Assembly (NCBI GenBank): GCA_039818205.1
Contig: JBCBUK010000008.1
Coordinates: 32,001 to 96,000, forward strand
Source of the DNA: Verrucomicrobiota bacterium
GTDB lineage: Bacteria > Verrucomicrobiota > Verrucomicrobiia > Opitutales > Cerasicoccaceae
DNA: 64,000 nucleotides
Direction: 5' to 3'
The notes under the pieces were generated by a model. It had not been told where the DNA came from. It did not search any database and saw nothing but the letters and a program-made list of their open reading frames with translations. A program made the translations under genes and the position numbers. Below, piece after piece: positions 38,194 through 46,819 of this stretch. The number at the start of each line of letters is the position of its first letter. Within the stretch, counting starts at the first letter, position 1.

Positions 38194-39581
38194 TGGGTTC
38201 GACGCACGCTGTTGACATGCCATTCATCCTCGAGTCGTGTTCCTTGCCACCGAAGGAGGTCTTCGCCCGATTGCGAAGCGCTCCCGGTTGTTGCTGGCTC
38301 GATAGTGGCAACGGTTCCGGGAAGCAACAGCGCTACTCGGTTCTGGCGGCCTTTCCCTTCCAAACTCTGACCGCCTACGGAAATCGCATCGAAAAACGGA
38401 TTGGCGATGAGGTAACTCATCATGCCGTGCCATGTAGTCTAGGTTATCTGGAAAGTGAACTGACGAAATATCAATCTGAAGATGCCGAACTACCAATGGC
38501 TGGTGGCGCCATCGGCCATTTTAGTTATGAGTTCGGCTTTCGGCTTGCCGGCCTTTCTTCGTCCGTTGGGCGAGCCCTCCGTTGGCCAGACTTCTGTTTC
38601 CACTTTTTTGCGGCGACCTACGTATTCGATCATCTTGAATCACGGGGAAGCTTCCGGGCCATAGACACCGATCTCGGTCGTGCTGGCTTGAAGCAATTGC
38701 GAACAGCCCTAGAACAGGTGGAAGAGAAACAAGCGTTGGCTGGACCGGCTGCGCCGTTCTCAGCGAATCGCTCACGGGAGAACTACTGCGCTGCGGTCGA
38801 AGGAATTCGCGAAGCAATTGCTTCCGGTGAAATTTACCAGGCGAATTTAGCCCAGTTTTTCTCCACACCATTCACCGACGATAGCGCGGTGCTTTTCTCT
38901 CGTTTGCGTGACCTGAATCCAGCTCCCTACGGAGCGTATATCAATGCCGGGGATCGCGCAATTCTGAGTAGCTCACCCGAGCAGTTCCTGCGGATCGATT
39001 CGGACCGTCGAATCGTTACGCGGCCAATCAAAGGTACGCGTCCACGCGGACGGTCATCCGCTACCGACCGGCGTCTTAGGGACGACCTTTTTTCCAGCAC
39101 GAAGGAACGGGCAGAGCTGTTGATGATCGTTGACATGGAGCGCAACGACCTTGGGCGGATTGCGGAGTTTGGATCGGTTCAAGTGAACGAGTTGTACTGC
39201 GTTGAGTCGTACGCGACCGTTCACCATCTCGTTGGTGAAGTCGAAGCAAAGCTGCGGTCCGAAATCGGGCTTCGCGAGATCATGCGCGCAACGTTTCCCG
39301 GCGGATCCATTACCGGAGCTCCAAAGATTCAAGCAATGAAGGTGATTCAAACGCTTGAACCGACGCCCCGGGATGTTTTCTGCGGGTCGATTGGATGGCT
39401 GGGATTCGATGGCACCATGGAACTAAATATCGCGATCCGGACGATCGTTTGTCAGGAAGGCCGCGCGGATTTCGGTGTTGGCGCTGGCATTGTCTGGGAT
39501 TCGGTTCCGGATGCGGAATTTCAAGAGACCTTGCACAAGGCACAGGCGTTATTTGCCGCCTTGCAAAGCGTCCGTGGATAA
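38193..39581 (+). CDS. pabB: aminodeoxychorismate synthase component I
   Basis: WLDSG, GEIYQANL, SSSPEQFL, TRPIKGT, ELLMIVD, FPGGSITGAPK, NIAIRT; lies between folK and pabC. Alternative start at 38217. Confidence 0.85.
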   Translation: MGSTHAVDMPFILESCSLPPKEVFARLRSAPGCCWLDSGNGSGKQQRYSVLAAFPFQTLTAYGNRIEKRIGDEVTHHAVPCSLGYLESELTKYQSEDAELPMAGGAIGHFSYEFGFRLAGLSSSVGRALRWPDFCFHFFAATYVFDHLESRGSFRAIDTDLGRAGLKQLRTALEQVEEKQALAGPAAPFSANRSRENYCAAVEGIREAIASGEIYQANLAQFFSTPFTDDSAVLFSRLRDLNPAPYGAYINAGDRAILSSSPEQFLRIDSDRRIVTRPIKGTRPRGRSSATDRRLRDDLFSSTKERAELLMIVDMERNDLGRIAEFGSVQVNELYCVESYATVHHLVGEVEAKLRSEIGLREIMRATFPGGSITGAPKIQAMKVIQTLEPTPRDVFCGSIGWLGFDGTMELNIAIRTIVCQEGRADFGVGAGIVWDSVPDAEFQETLHKAQALFAALQSVRG

Positions 39582-39603
39582 TTTGCTTTCTGCGCTGCGA
39601 AGT

Positions 39604-40428
39604 ATGACCCATACTAGAACAATGTTTGTTTGCCTGAACGGCAAAATGTTGCCCGAACAAGAAGCTCGGATAGGAATCACGGAGCCAGGCGTAGTCTATG
39701 GTGAAGGCTGCTTTGAAACACTTAAAGTTACGAAAGGTCGCCCACGTTTCTTTGAAGATCATTGGCAACGTTTCACCAATTCGACATCGGCTGTTGGGAT
39801 ACGGATAGAAGCATCAAAAGAAAGCGTTTTTCAACAGGCGATCGAACTTGCCCTGCGCAACGGAATCCAGTCCGGAGTCTTGCGCATTTCCTGTCATCAG
39901 TTGTTCGAAGGAGCGAGTCTACTTGTTCAAGCGACACCACCTCGGCGCCATCCGTTGCCAAAAAGTTTTCAAGTTCAGTTTAGTAATTGGCAGCATCCTG
40001 GCCTGAGTCCTCATTCCTCGATCAAGCACAACAATTATGCCCGCTTTCGTGCCGCCTTCCGAGAGGCCATCGAAGCCGGCTATGATGAAGCGCTTCTACT
40101 GGATGCGAGAGGACACGTCATCGAAGGTGCCGTTAGCAATTTGTTTTGGGTGGATGCCAGTGGGCAGCTTAATTCCCCGTCTCTGAATGCAGGAGCTCTA
40201 CCGGGGATAATCCGCAACAAGTTGATTGGACTATTTCCTGCGATAATAGAATGTGAACCGTCGAAAGATTTGCTTCTGCAAGCGCGTGAAATCTTCCTGG
40301 CAAATTCTCTGTTGGAGATCATGCCGGTTGCGCAGCTCGAAGATTACCCCCTGCCCGCCTGTCCTGGCGAGATCACCCAAAAGGTGATTGAATCATTTTA
40401 CGACGCCTATCCCGAAACGGATAATTAG
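39604..40428 (+). CDS. pabC: class IV aminotransferase / probable 4-amino-4-deoxychorismate lyase
   Basis: YGEGCFETL, IKHNNY, EGAVSNLF, LPGIIR; follows pabB. Confidence 0.8.
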   Translation: MTHTRTMFVCLNGKMLPEQEARIGITEPGVVYGEGCFETLKVTKGRPRFFEDHWQRFTNSTSAVGIRIEASKESVFQQAIELALRNGIQSGVLRISCHQLFEGASLLVQATPPRRHPLPKSFQVQFSNWQHPGLSPHSSIKHNNYARFRAAFREAIEAGYDEALLLDARGHVIEGAVSNLFWVDASGQLNSPSLNAGALPGIIRNKLIGLFPAIIECEPSKDLLLQAREIFLANSLLEIMPVAQLEDYPLPACPGEITQKVIESFYDAYPETDN

Positions 40429-40444
40429 CGGAGTCGGGAAATGG

Positions 40445-41806
40445 TCACTGTTGTTCCGCAACACGAATCAGTGATTTTAGGTAACGCTCAACGCGTTCGT
40501 CGGGCCGCAAAGCTTGGGATCGCTGTAATGCGGTGATGGCTTGTGTCCAACGGTTTTGATCGACGTAGACACGGGCAATCTCGAGCCAGGCATCGGCCGA
40601 GGTTTCATCGACATCAATGGTTCGCTCAAGCAGAACTTCGGCCTTCTCCAGGTTGCCCTGTCGGCGTTCGGCATCAGCCAAAAGAAGCAAGGCATCGACA
40701 TTCAGCGCGTCCAACCGAATGACCTCCTCAAGGATCTCGGCTGCCGCCTTGGGATCGGCTTGGTTCATCTTCAAACGGGCACGCAACAATAGTAGCTGCA
40801 CCAGTGGCTTGCCCTGAATGGATTCGCTGTAGTGCTGAAGGATGACCTCTAAGAGAGCCTCGGCTTCGGAAGAATAATTACGCCCGGCGAGGAGGTTGGC
40901 GGCATCAAGTAGCTCTTCCACTTGAGGTTTGCGGGGGGATCGTATCGAGTCCGTAAAGGCTGCCGTGGCCAAGCGTGGTAGTTCCAAAACTAGGTAGGCG
41001 CGCCCCAGTTGGAGAAGCACGCGATCATCCGCACGGCTTGAACGTCGAAGCGTTTCCAAGTGGGCAACAACACGTTCCCAGTCGTTTAAGGCAACGCAAG
41101 CGTTGGCAGCAACTCGCCGCGCCTCCACATGCCCGGGATGTGACTTGAGGTATTGTTCAACGCTGGATAGTGCCTCCTCTGCGCGATCCAGCTCGATCAA
41201 ACACTGAGCCCGACCAAGTTGCCAGTCCGCAGAATTTGCATCCAGGAAGACGGCTTCTTCGTAGCCTTCAAGCGCTGCGGCATAGTCGTCGTTCTGATAG
41301 TGACAGAAGGCCAACGTGCCCCGAGTAGCCGCCGTTTGATCGCCGCGCTCAATCGCTTGCTGGAGTGCAAGCATAGCCTCATCATTGCGGCCACTCTGCG
41401 CAAGCATTAGCCCGAGGTTTCGCCAAGCGCGAACGAACCCGGGTTGCTTTGCCAAAGCAGCGCGGTAGGCATTTTCGGCTGAGTTGGTGTCGCCATTTTG
41501 GAGATACAAGTTAGCTAGCGTGTAGTCTAGAGCGGCGCTACTATTTGGCTTGGTGGCATTTTGAAGTCTCCGTGCTGCCTCGACGACCTGGCCATTTTGC
41601 ATAAGCGGATAGATTGATTGAAGAACGCCCTGCTCTTCCGGAGTCACGCTTGGTTCCCGGGGACCATCAAACCCGTAGCTCCCCAAAAACCGCTCTTTGA
41701 ATGCCGGATCATTGAACGAGATGGAGTTCAAGCTTGGCTGCCCCAAGGCATTGAAGGCCCCAAGCACCAGACTGAGAAACAAGCTGAATAAACGGAAGTG
41801 CATCAT
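40445..41806 (-). CDS. tetratricopeptide-repeat exported protein (TtpD-like)
   Basis: Multiple TPR motifs; start overlaps the tonB stop (TGATG). Confidence 0.85.
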   Translation of the reverse strand: MMHFRLFSLFLSLVLGAFNALGQPSLNSISFNDPAFKERFLGSYGFDGPREPSVTPEEQGVLQSIYPLMQNGQVVEAARRLQNATKPNSSAALDYTLANLYLQNGDTNSAENAYRAALAKQPGFVRAWRNLGLMLAQSGRNDEAMLALQQAIERGDQTAATRGTLAFCHYQNDDYAAALEGYEEAVFLDANSADWQLGRAQCLIELDRAEEALSSVEQYLKSHPGHVEARRVAANACVALNDWERVVAHLETLRRSSRADDRVLLQLGRAYLVLELPRLATAAFTDSIRSPRKPQVEELLDAANLLAGRNYSSEAEALLEVILQHYSESIQGKPLVQLLLLRARLKMNQADPKAAAEILEEVIRLDALNVDALLLLADAERRQGNLEKAEVLLERTIDVDETSADAWLEIARVYVDQNRWTQAITALQRSQALRPDERVERYLKSLIRVAEQQ

Positions 41807-42468
41807 CAAAAAGAAATCGGAAAAACGTAGGCGGTTGCGACAGGGATGTTGTTGCGCAAGGGCGGCTCGAAGCGGCATTTTTCCGCAAAACGTCGGGCTG
41901 GCTTAATGAGCCGTTTGTGCTCAGCGTCAATCACGTCGAGCACCTCGACACGTCCATCGGGTTGGATCAGAATTTTCAATCGGACTTTACCCCGTATGTT
42001 TTCACGAAGCAATTCGTACGGCATGATCCGCGCTGGGTTGCTCAAGAGTTTGGGGATGCGATCCAAGTCACGCACGTCAACCACCTCGAACGCAGGTGCC
42101 TCGCCAAGGTCGGGCATTTTTACCGGAAAGGACCCCATCGTGAAAACGTCATTACTAAGCCCACTGATGTAAATCTGTTTGGTTGGTAGCGGTTCCAGAA
42201 CGATTGCTTGTTCGACTGGAGCTGGCGGACTACCAATCGTCTCGATTGGTTTAATCGCGGTCGGCCCCTCTGTTATTTCCATTTCTGGATCCGGCGGAGG
42301 AATTAGCTTCACCACTCGGAGCGACTCAGGCGCTTCTTCCAGTTCCTGGGAAATCAGGCCAAAGGGCAACACAACGACAAACAGAACGCTTGCCACTCCC
42401 AGCGATAGAAGAAGCGAACCGAACCGTTGGCTCGAGTTGGATTCGAGGGATGCCAGGGCTTCGCTCAT
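41806..42468 (-). CDS. tonB: energy transducer TonB
   Basis: N-terminal TM, Pro-rich linker, C-terminal GKVRLKILIQPDGRV...RFEPP. Confidence 0.82.
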   Translation of the reverse strand: MSEALASLESNSSQRFGSLLLSLGVASVLFVVVLPFGLISQELEEAPESLRVVKLIPPPDPEMEITEGPTAIKPIETIGSPPAPVEQAIVLEPLPTKQIYISGLSNDVFTMGSFPVKMPDLGEAPAFEVVDVRDLDRIPKLLSNPARIMPYELLRENIRGKVRLKILIQPDGRVEVLDVIDAEHKRLIKPARRFAEKCRFEPPLRNNIPVATAYVFPISF

Positions 42469-42890
42469 GGCTGTCCTCCGTTCTGATTCGTCGCAATACT
42501 AATCGACAATGCTCCAGCTAGCGTTGCCTCATCGATGACCTTGACCAGCTCGTCCGTGGTTACGGTTCGATCGGCAACGATGACCACCGGACGCGGCTCC
42601 CGGCTTGATAAACGACGAACAATCAACCCGACTTCGCTTAGCTCGATTTGCTCGGACTCAAAGTAGATTCTACCTTGCTCATCGATCGCGAACAGAATGT
42701 TTTCACCTTCAATTGCCGCATTGCTTTGTGAGGTTGGACGCTCGAGTTCAATCCCCGTTTCCTTAACGAATACCGTCGTAACGACAAAGAAAATTAGCAG
42801 GATGAAAACCATGTCGATCAGCGGCGACAGATTGATGTCGGCTATGACTGGCGGCTTAGTCCGAGCTTGTCTGCGGGCACGTAAGCTCAC
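42465..42890 (-). CDS. exbD: biopolymer transport protein ExbD
   Basis: INLSPLIDMVFILLIFFVVTT, VVIVAD. Confidence 0.93.
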   Translation of the reverse strand: MSLRARRQARTKPPVIADINLSPLIDMVFILLIFFVVTTVFVKETGIELERPTSQSNAAIEGENILFAIDEQGRIYFESEQIELSEVGLIVRRLSSREPRPVVIVADRTVTTDELVKVIDEATLAGALSISIATNQNGGQP

Positions 42891-43480
42891 ACGACATCCT
42901 TTCGCTTATGCCGCAGCGCGACACTCTCGACATGGGTGATTGCTGCGGCCCACTGATCGCGACGCCGACGCAGCGCATAGATCATGATATACGCCGGGAT
43001 GGCAACAATCAGTCCCGTTTCTGTCGTGATTAATGCCTGATACATGCCGCTCGAGACCTGTTCGCCAACCCGAACACCATCGACCGACAAGCCACGAAAA
43101 GTCGTCAACAATCCGGAAACAGTTCCCAGCAATCCGACCAAGGGCGCCGTGCTCACGAGGATGGCCAGAAAGGTCATGCGTCGATCCTGGCGATTCAGGA
43201 TTTGCTCACGCAGTTGGCCAAACATCCGGGCGCATGCTTCGGCGCCAGCCGAACCAAAGATGGCTTTGCATAACTCGGGAGGCAGGTGCTTCGTCGTGGT
43301 TAACGATTCATCGTTAAGGCGCAAAAGTTTTGCGAGCGGCCAGCGGCAGCTTTCCCGCCATTGTTCGATTAGCGAATAATAGATGATCAGCGCCAGGCAA
43401 CCGAGCGCGAGCATAAGCCAACCGCCGTGCCTCCAGATCGACCAAATATCACTATAAAACCACTGCAAAATCTCACTCAT
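42887..43480 (-). CDS. exbB: MotA/TolQ/ExbB proton channel protein
   Basis: APLVGLLGTVSGL..TF, ALITTETGLIVAIP. Confidence 0.9.
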   Translation of the reverse strand: MSEILQWFYSDIWSIWRHGGWLMLALGCLALIIYYSLIEQWRESCRWPLAKLLRLNDESLTTTKHLPPELCKAIFGSAGAEACARMFGQLREQILNRQDRRMTFLAILVSTAPLVGLLGTVSGLLTTFRGLSVDGVRVGEQVSSGMYQALITTETGLIVAIPAYIMIYALRRRRDQWAAAITHVESVALRHKRKDVV

Positions 43481-44870
43481 TGGGGCTTTTCGTGTCTTTA
43501 GAATCGGTCAGTAGCGATGGCGGATTATCCAAATCACGAATTGAGAGCGACTCAACGAAGCGAGATGCCAGCGACTCCATTTCAGCCGTCAGACTTTGTG
43601 CCTTGCGCGAGAGTATCGCGTGCGCGATGAGTGCCGGAATCGCAACAAGCAGACCGAGTTCGGTGGTGATCAAAGCCTCGGCTATTCCGCCGGATAATGG
43701 ACGCGCGTCCCCGCTCCCATAGACTCCGATCATGCGGAATGTCGAAATCATTCCAGTGACGGTGCCCAGTAGACCTAACAGCGGTGAAACCGCAGCCGTG
43801 ACTGCTAATACAGGCAGCCCACGCTCCCAGCGCATCTGCCAGCGGATAATATGTTCGAGTAGCGAATCTTCCAGAGCTTCGCGGGGATACTCTGTGCGGG
43901 CTAGCCCATCCTTCAGCAATTCCATCGCTGGCTTGGACAGCGAATCGATCTGAGTCTTGGCTTCCTCGATATTTCTGGACTCAAGCGCTTGGAAAATTGG
44001 TTCGAGCGTCCGAAAGCCGGGTAAACGAACACTGCTAATCTGGACGGTTTTTAAGATAAAGACCACAAGCGCTAGGAGGGCCAACGTCAGAATCGGCCAG
44101 ACCCAGATGCCCCCGTCTTGAATACGTGTCCACGGATCCTGACCTTGTTGAGCGAGGATCAATGCGCGGCCACCGCTCGCGTCCAGCGGGAGAATTCCGT
44201 CTCCGCCCTCCACGATTGCGGCGAGCTCCGTCGCGGTCTGTTCATCTTGAAAGGGAACGATCTTGGGAGCCAGACCGTCGCCTGGAACCGCATGGCCCGC
44301 GATTCCTTTGTCATCGGAAACGAAATACGCAGCTGGTCCCCATAGAAAAAACGTACCCGATTGTTGCTCTCCCGAATCCATCAGCGCGACTCCCGGGCTG
44401 ATCTCACCACCGATGGACTCCGTTACCCGCTGGCGGCTGAAATCGACTAACCTGGTCCAGCGCCCAGCGATGCTTGAAGACCCGTCAGAAGTGACCGCTT
44501 GCAATTGCCCCAGATGAGACGGATGGATGGAGGTTTCGAGGGAAGCCTGGTAATCGTTAATTAACTGCTCAAGATCCCGAAGCCGCTCCTCTTGTTTCAC
44601 GACTTTCTCCCGGCGTTCACGTAGGTCGTCAACCGATCTTAAAATGGTGCGTTCAGCACCTTCGACCTCTCGGCGTTTTTCGCGGAGTTGGGCTTCCAGC
44701 GCATTGAACTTTTTGAGCAGCTCCGTTTTTTCGGATGAAATCACCTCCCGCTCTTGATTGAGGCGAGCCAGGGCATCTTCGAGGTCGGAGCGCGGAGAGA
44801 TTTCAGCCACTTGGCCCGAGGCCAATTGCGTCAATATCGTGCACAAGCAAATCCAGATAATGTATTTCAT
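43473..44870 (-). CDS. large MotA/TolQ/ExbB protein with periplasmic coiled coil (TtpC-like)
   Basis: Signal peptide, coiled coil, PLLGLLGTVTGMISTF, ALITTELGLLVAIP. Confidence 0.88.
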   Translation of the reverse strand: MKYIIWICLCTILTQLASGQVAEISPRSDLEDALARLNQEREVISSEKTELLKKFNALEAQLREKRREVEGAERTILRSVDDLRERREKVVKQEERLRDLEQLINDYQASLETSIHPSHLGQLQAVTSDGSSSIAGRWTRLVDFSRQRVTESIGGEISPGVALMDSGEQQSGTFFLWGPAAYFVSDDKGIAGHAVPGDGLAPKIVPFQDEQTATELAAIVEGGDGILPLDASGGRALILAQQGQDPWTRIQDGGIWVWPILTLALLALVVFILKTVQISSVRLPGFRTLEPIFQALESRNIEEAKTQIDSLSKPAMELLKDGLARTEYPREALEDSLLEHIIRWQMRWERGLPVLAVTAAVSPLLGLLGTVTGMISTFRMIGVYGSGDARPLSGGIAEALITTELGLLVAIPALIAHAILSRKAQSLTAEMESLASRFVESLSIRDLDNPPSLLTDSKDTKSPNE

Positions 44871-44876
44871 CAGACG

Positions 44877-45632
44877 CTACTGAGTGGAAAGTGGCATTTC
44901 AATTGCGGCTGCAGCCTCACGTCGTTTCGAAATGTCGATCAAGCGGGTCGCGAATGGCGCTAGTTCAGGCTCACTTGAGGTACGCCACCCGGCATCTTCC
45001 GGGATAATCCGACCGCCACGCTCGCCGTCGGGCGTCGTCCAAAAGCCGCCAGCAAAACCAAAGTAAATCTCGTTGACTGCCCAAGGCTGGTCATCGTCCA
45101 AGGTTATCATTTCCTCATGGACGACGACTTGGTTCTGGTAGGTGTGTGTCTCGCGAAACAAGGACAGCCAAGTTTTGGCGTGAGCCAGGGATTCATTGGC
45201 GTCGCTTGGCGCTTTGTTTAGCGATTCCAGATCCTCCTCGACATCCTTGAGAATTGGGCGCGGCCACATTTGGGTTTGAGCGACAAGCGCCTCAGTGTTT
45301 GCCGTTAGGTATTCGTTGAACGCCGTGAGTTCCTGTTCGATGGCCACGCTTCGCTGCTCGAGCGAATCTTTGCGATCACCAACTTCTGAGGCCTCCTCTT
45401 GAATGGAGGTTAGATGATCGTCTAGTAGTTTAGACTCCTCCTCGAGTACGCGGATTAAGTCGAGCAAGATGGCTTTGTCTGCATTCCAGTCAGCTCGTTC
45501 CTCCGAAATTTGTTTTTCGACGCGTACCCACTCCAACAAGGTTGCATAGTCCTCGCTATCATTAGCTTGGGTGAGCGGCATTGCGGCAATCAGGCCGGAT
45601 ATAACGACGCCAGAACGCAGAAATCGTGTCAT
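44877..45632 (-). CDS. DUF3450-like (TtpB-like) exported coiled-coil protein
   Basis: Signal peptide plus coiled coil; first gene of the TonB2-type operon. Confidence 0.7.
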   Translation of the reverse strand: MTRFLRSGVVISGLIAAMPLTQANDSEDYATLLEWVRVEKQISEERADWNADKAILLDLIRVLEEESKLLDDHLTSIQEEASEVGDRKDSLEQRSVAIEQELTAFNEYLTANTEALVAQTQMWPRPILKDVEEDLESLNKAPSDANESLAHAKTWLSLFRETHTYQNQVVVHEEMITLDDDQPWAVNEIYFGFAGGFWTTPDGERGGRIIPEDAGWRTSSEPELAPFATRLIDISKRREAAAAIEMPLSTQ

Positions 45633-45723
45633 CTAAAACAACAAATGATGATGTGCTTAGGGGCGCAATCGCGAATTCTGGCATGCATAGGATTTGGACC
45701 GTCCATTCCCCTCGAAATGTTCT

Positions 45724-45858
45724 GTGTCATACTGACCTAGTAGGCATTTTTGACGCTAAAAGAGTGCCACTATGGCACATTAAAGCAATAGCGATAGATT
45801 CGTAAACAACTATCGGTCAAAGGGTTAAAAGATTTTCAATATCCGGAACAAGAACTGC
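45724..45858 (+). promoter_or_regulatory. sigma54-type promoter with upstream inverted repeats and IHF-like site
   Basis: GG-N10-GC with GG at 45845-46 and GC at 45857-58 (CGGAACAAGAACTGC), GTGTCA-N3-TGACCT (45724-38), GTGCCA-N3-TGGCAC (45764-78), and TCAA-N4-TTA (45817-27). Confidence 0.6.
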
Positions 45859-45902
45859 ATCTATAGAGGCGAATTAAAACTAACTTGGAGGAACAACCAA
45901 TT

Positions 45903-46322
45903 ATGAAGTTAAGAAAATATAACACCTTTATCACAGATCCATTCGTGGATTTTGATCGTCTTTTCCAGCACGCTTTCAACGCAAATCGTTTGCAGGGATT
46001 CTTTGACCAACATTCGACCGGCAGGAGTTTCCGAGTCGACGTCTATCAAGACGGCGATGGAGCTCATCATGTTGTAGCGGAACTTCCTGGCGTCGTGAAA
46101 GAAGACGTCGATGTTCAACTCGAAAAGTCGGTTTTGACGATCACGGCAAAGCGCAGGCAAAAAGATGGCGAGCAAGAGAACTCACACACACTCCAGCGAT
46201 CGCTAAATGTCTCGGACGATACCGATTCAGCACAAGTCACCGCATCGCTTAAAGATGGGATTCTACAAGTCACCCTTCCGAAGGCAGAAGCGCGGAAGCC
46301 GAAATCCATCGCTGTAAGCTAA
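45903..46322 (+). CDS. Hsp20/alpha-crystallin small heat-shock protein
   Basis: VDVYQD, AELPGV, ASLKDGILQVTLPK, IxV tail. Confidence 0.92.
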   Translation: MKLRKYNTFITDPFVDFDRLFQHAFNANRLQGFFDQHSTGRSFRVDVYQDGDGAHHVVAELPGVVKEDVDVQLEKSVLTITAKRRQKDGEQENSHTLQRSLNVSDDTDSAQVTASLKDGILQVTLPKAEARKPKSIAVS

Positions 46323-46348
46323 TCAATTAACCAGAAAGGAATTTTATT

Positions 46349-46732
46349 ATGAGTGATACTCAAGTAGCAAAGTGCAACGACCAGCAATCGTGTGCAACCA
46401 AGTCAGTCCAATACGTGCGTCCTAATTATGAGGTCGATCAGGGAGACGAGGCCATTGACGTCCGAGTCTATTTGCCTGGTGTGTCGAAGGACGCACTCGA
46501 GATCGGTGTGGAAAATGATACGCTCACAATTGAGGCTCAAAAGCAAACGTTAGCCCAGGACGGGTGGACGCCGCGCCACCGAGAAATACCGACAGTTGCA
46601 TACCGACTTCAATTAAAAATTAATTTGGCGGTTAACGCTAATGAAATTGCCGCGAAGTCCGATAATGGAATCCTGACGGTTACTTTGCCGGTAAGCGAAG
46701 CAGCCAAACCAAGAAAAATTTCAGTTAGTTAG
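46349..46732 (+). CDS. Hsp20/alpha-crystallin small heat-shock protein
   Basis: YLPGVSKD, NGILTVTLP, PRKISV. Confidence 0.9.
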   Translation: MSDTQVAKCNDQQSCATKSVQYVRPNYEVDQGDEAIDVRVYLPGVSKDALEIGVENDTLTIEAQKQTLAQDGWTPRHREIPTVAYRLQLKINLAVNANEIAAKSDNGILTVTLPVSEAAKPRKISVS

Positions 46733-46771
46733 TTAGTTATTGGGGATTAGCGTGTTGAAACAGCTAGTCGC

Positions 46772-46806
46772 AACGCTGCGCCGATAAAGCGCAGCGTTTT
46801 TCTTTG
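46772..46806 (+). terminator. rho-independent terminator (possibly bidirectional)
   Basis: AACGCTGCGC-N7-GCGCAGCGTT followed by a T-rich tail, between convergent hsp20 and crtI. Confidence 0.8.
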
Positions 46807-46819
46807 CCCGATTCGGTGG

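Noticed and set aside
45741..45770. CIRCE (HrcA) element upstream of hsp20
   Set aside because: Only the right half (GAGTGCCA) resembles CIRCE; there is no matching left half at 9-nt spacing.
45773..45787. TGGCAC as a sigma54 -24 element
   Set aside because: The following GC is 9 nt away rather than 10; it fits better as half of an inverted repeat.
46724..46739. GTTA tandem repeat after the second hsp20
   Set aside because: Only about four copies spanning the stop codon; too short to interpret.
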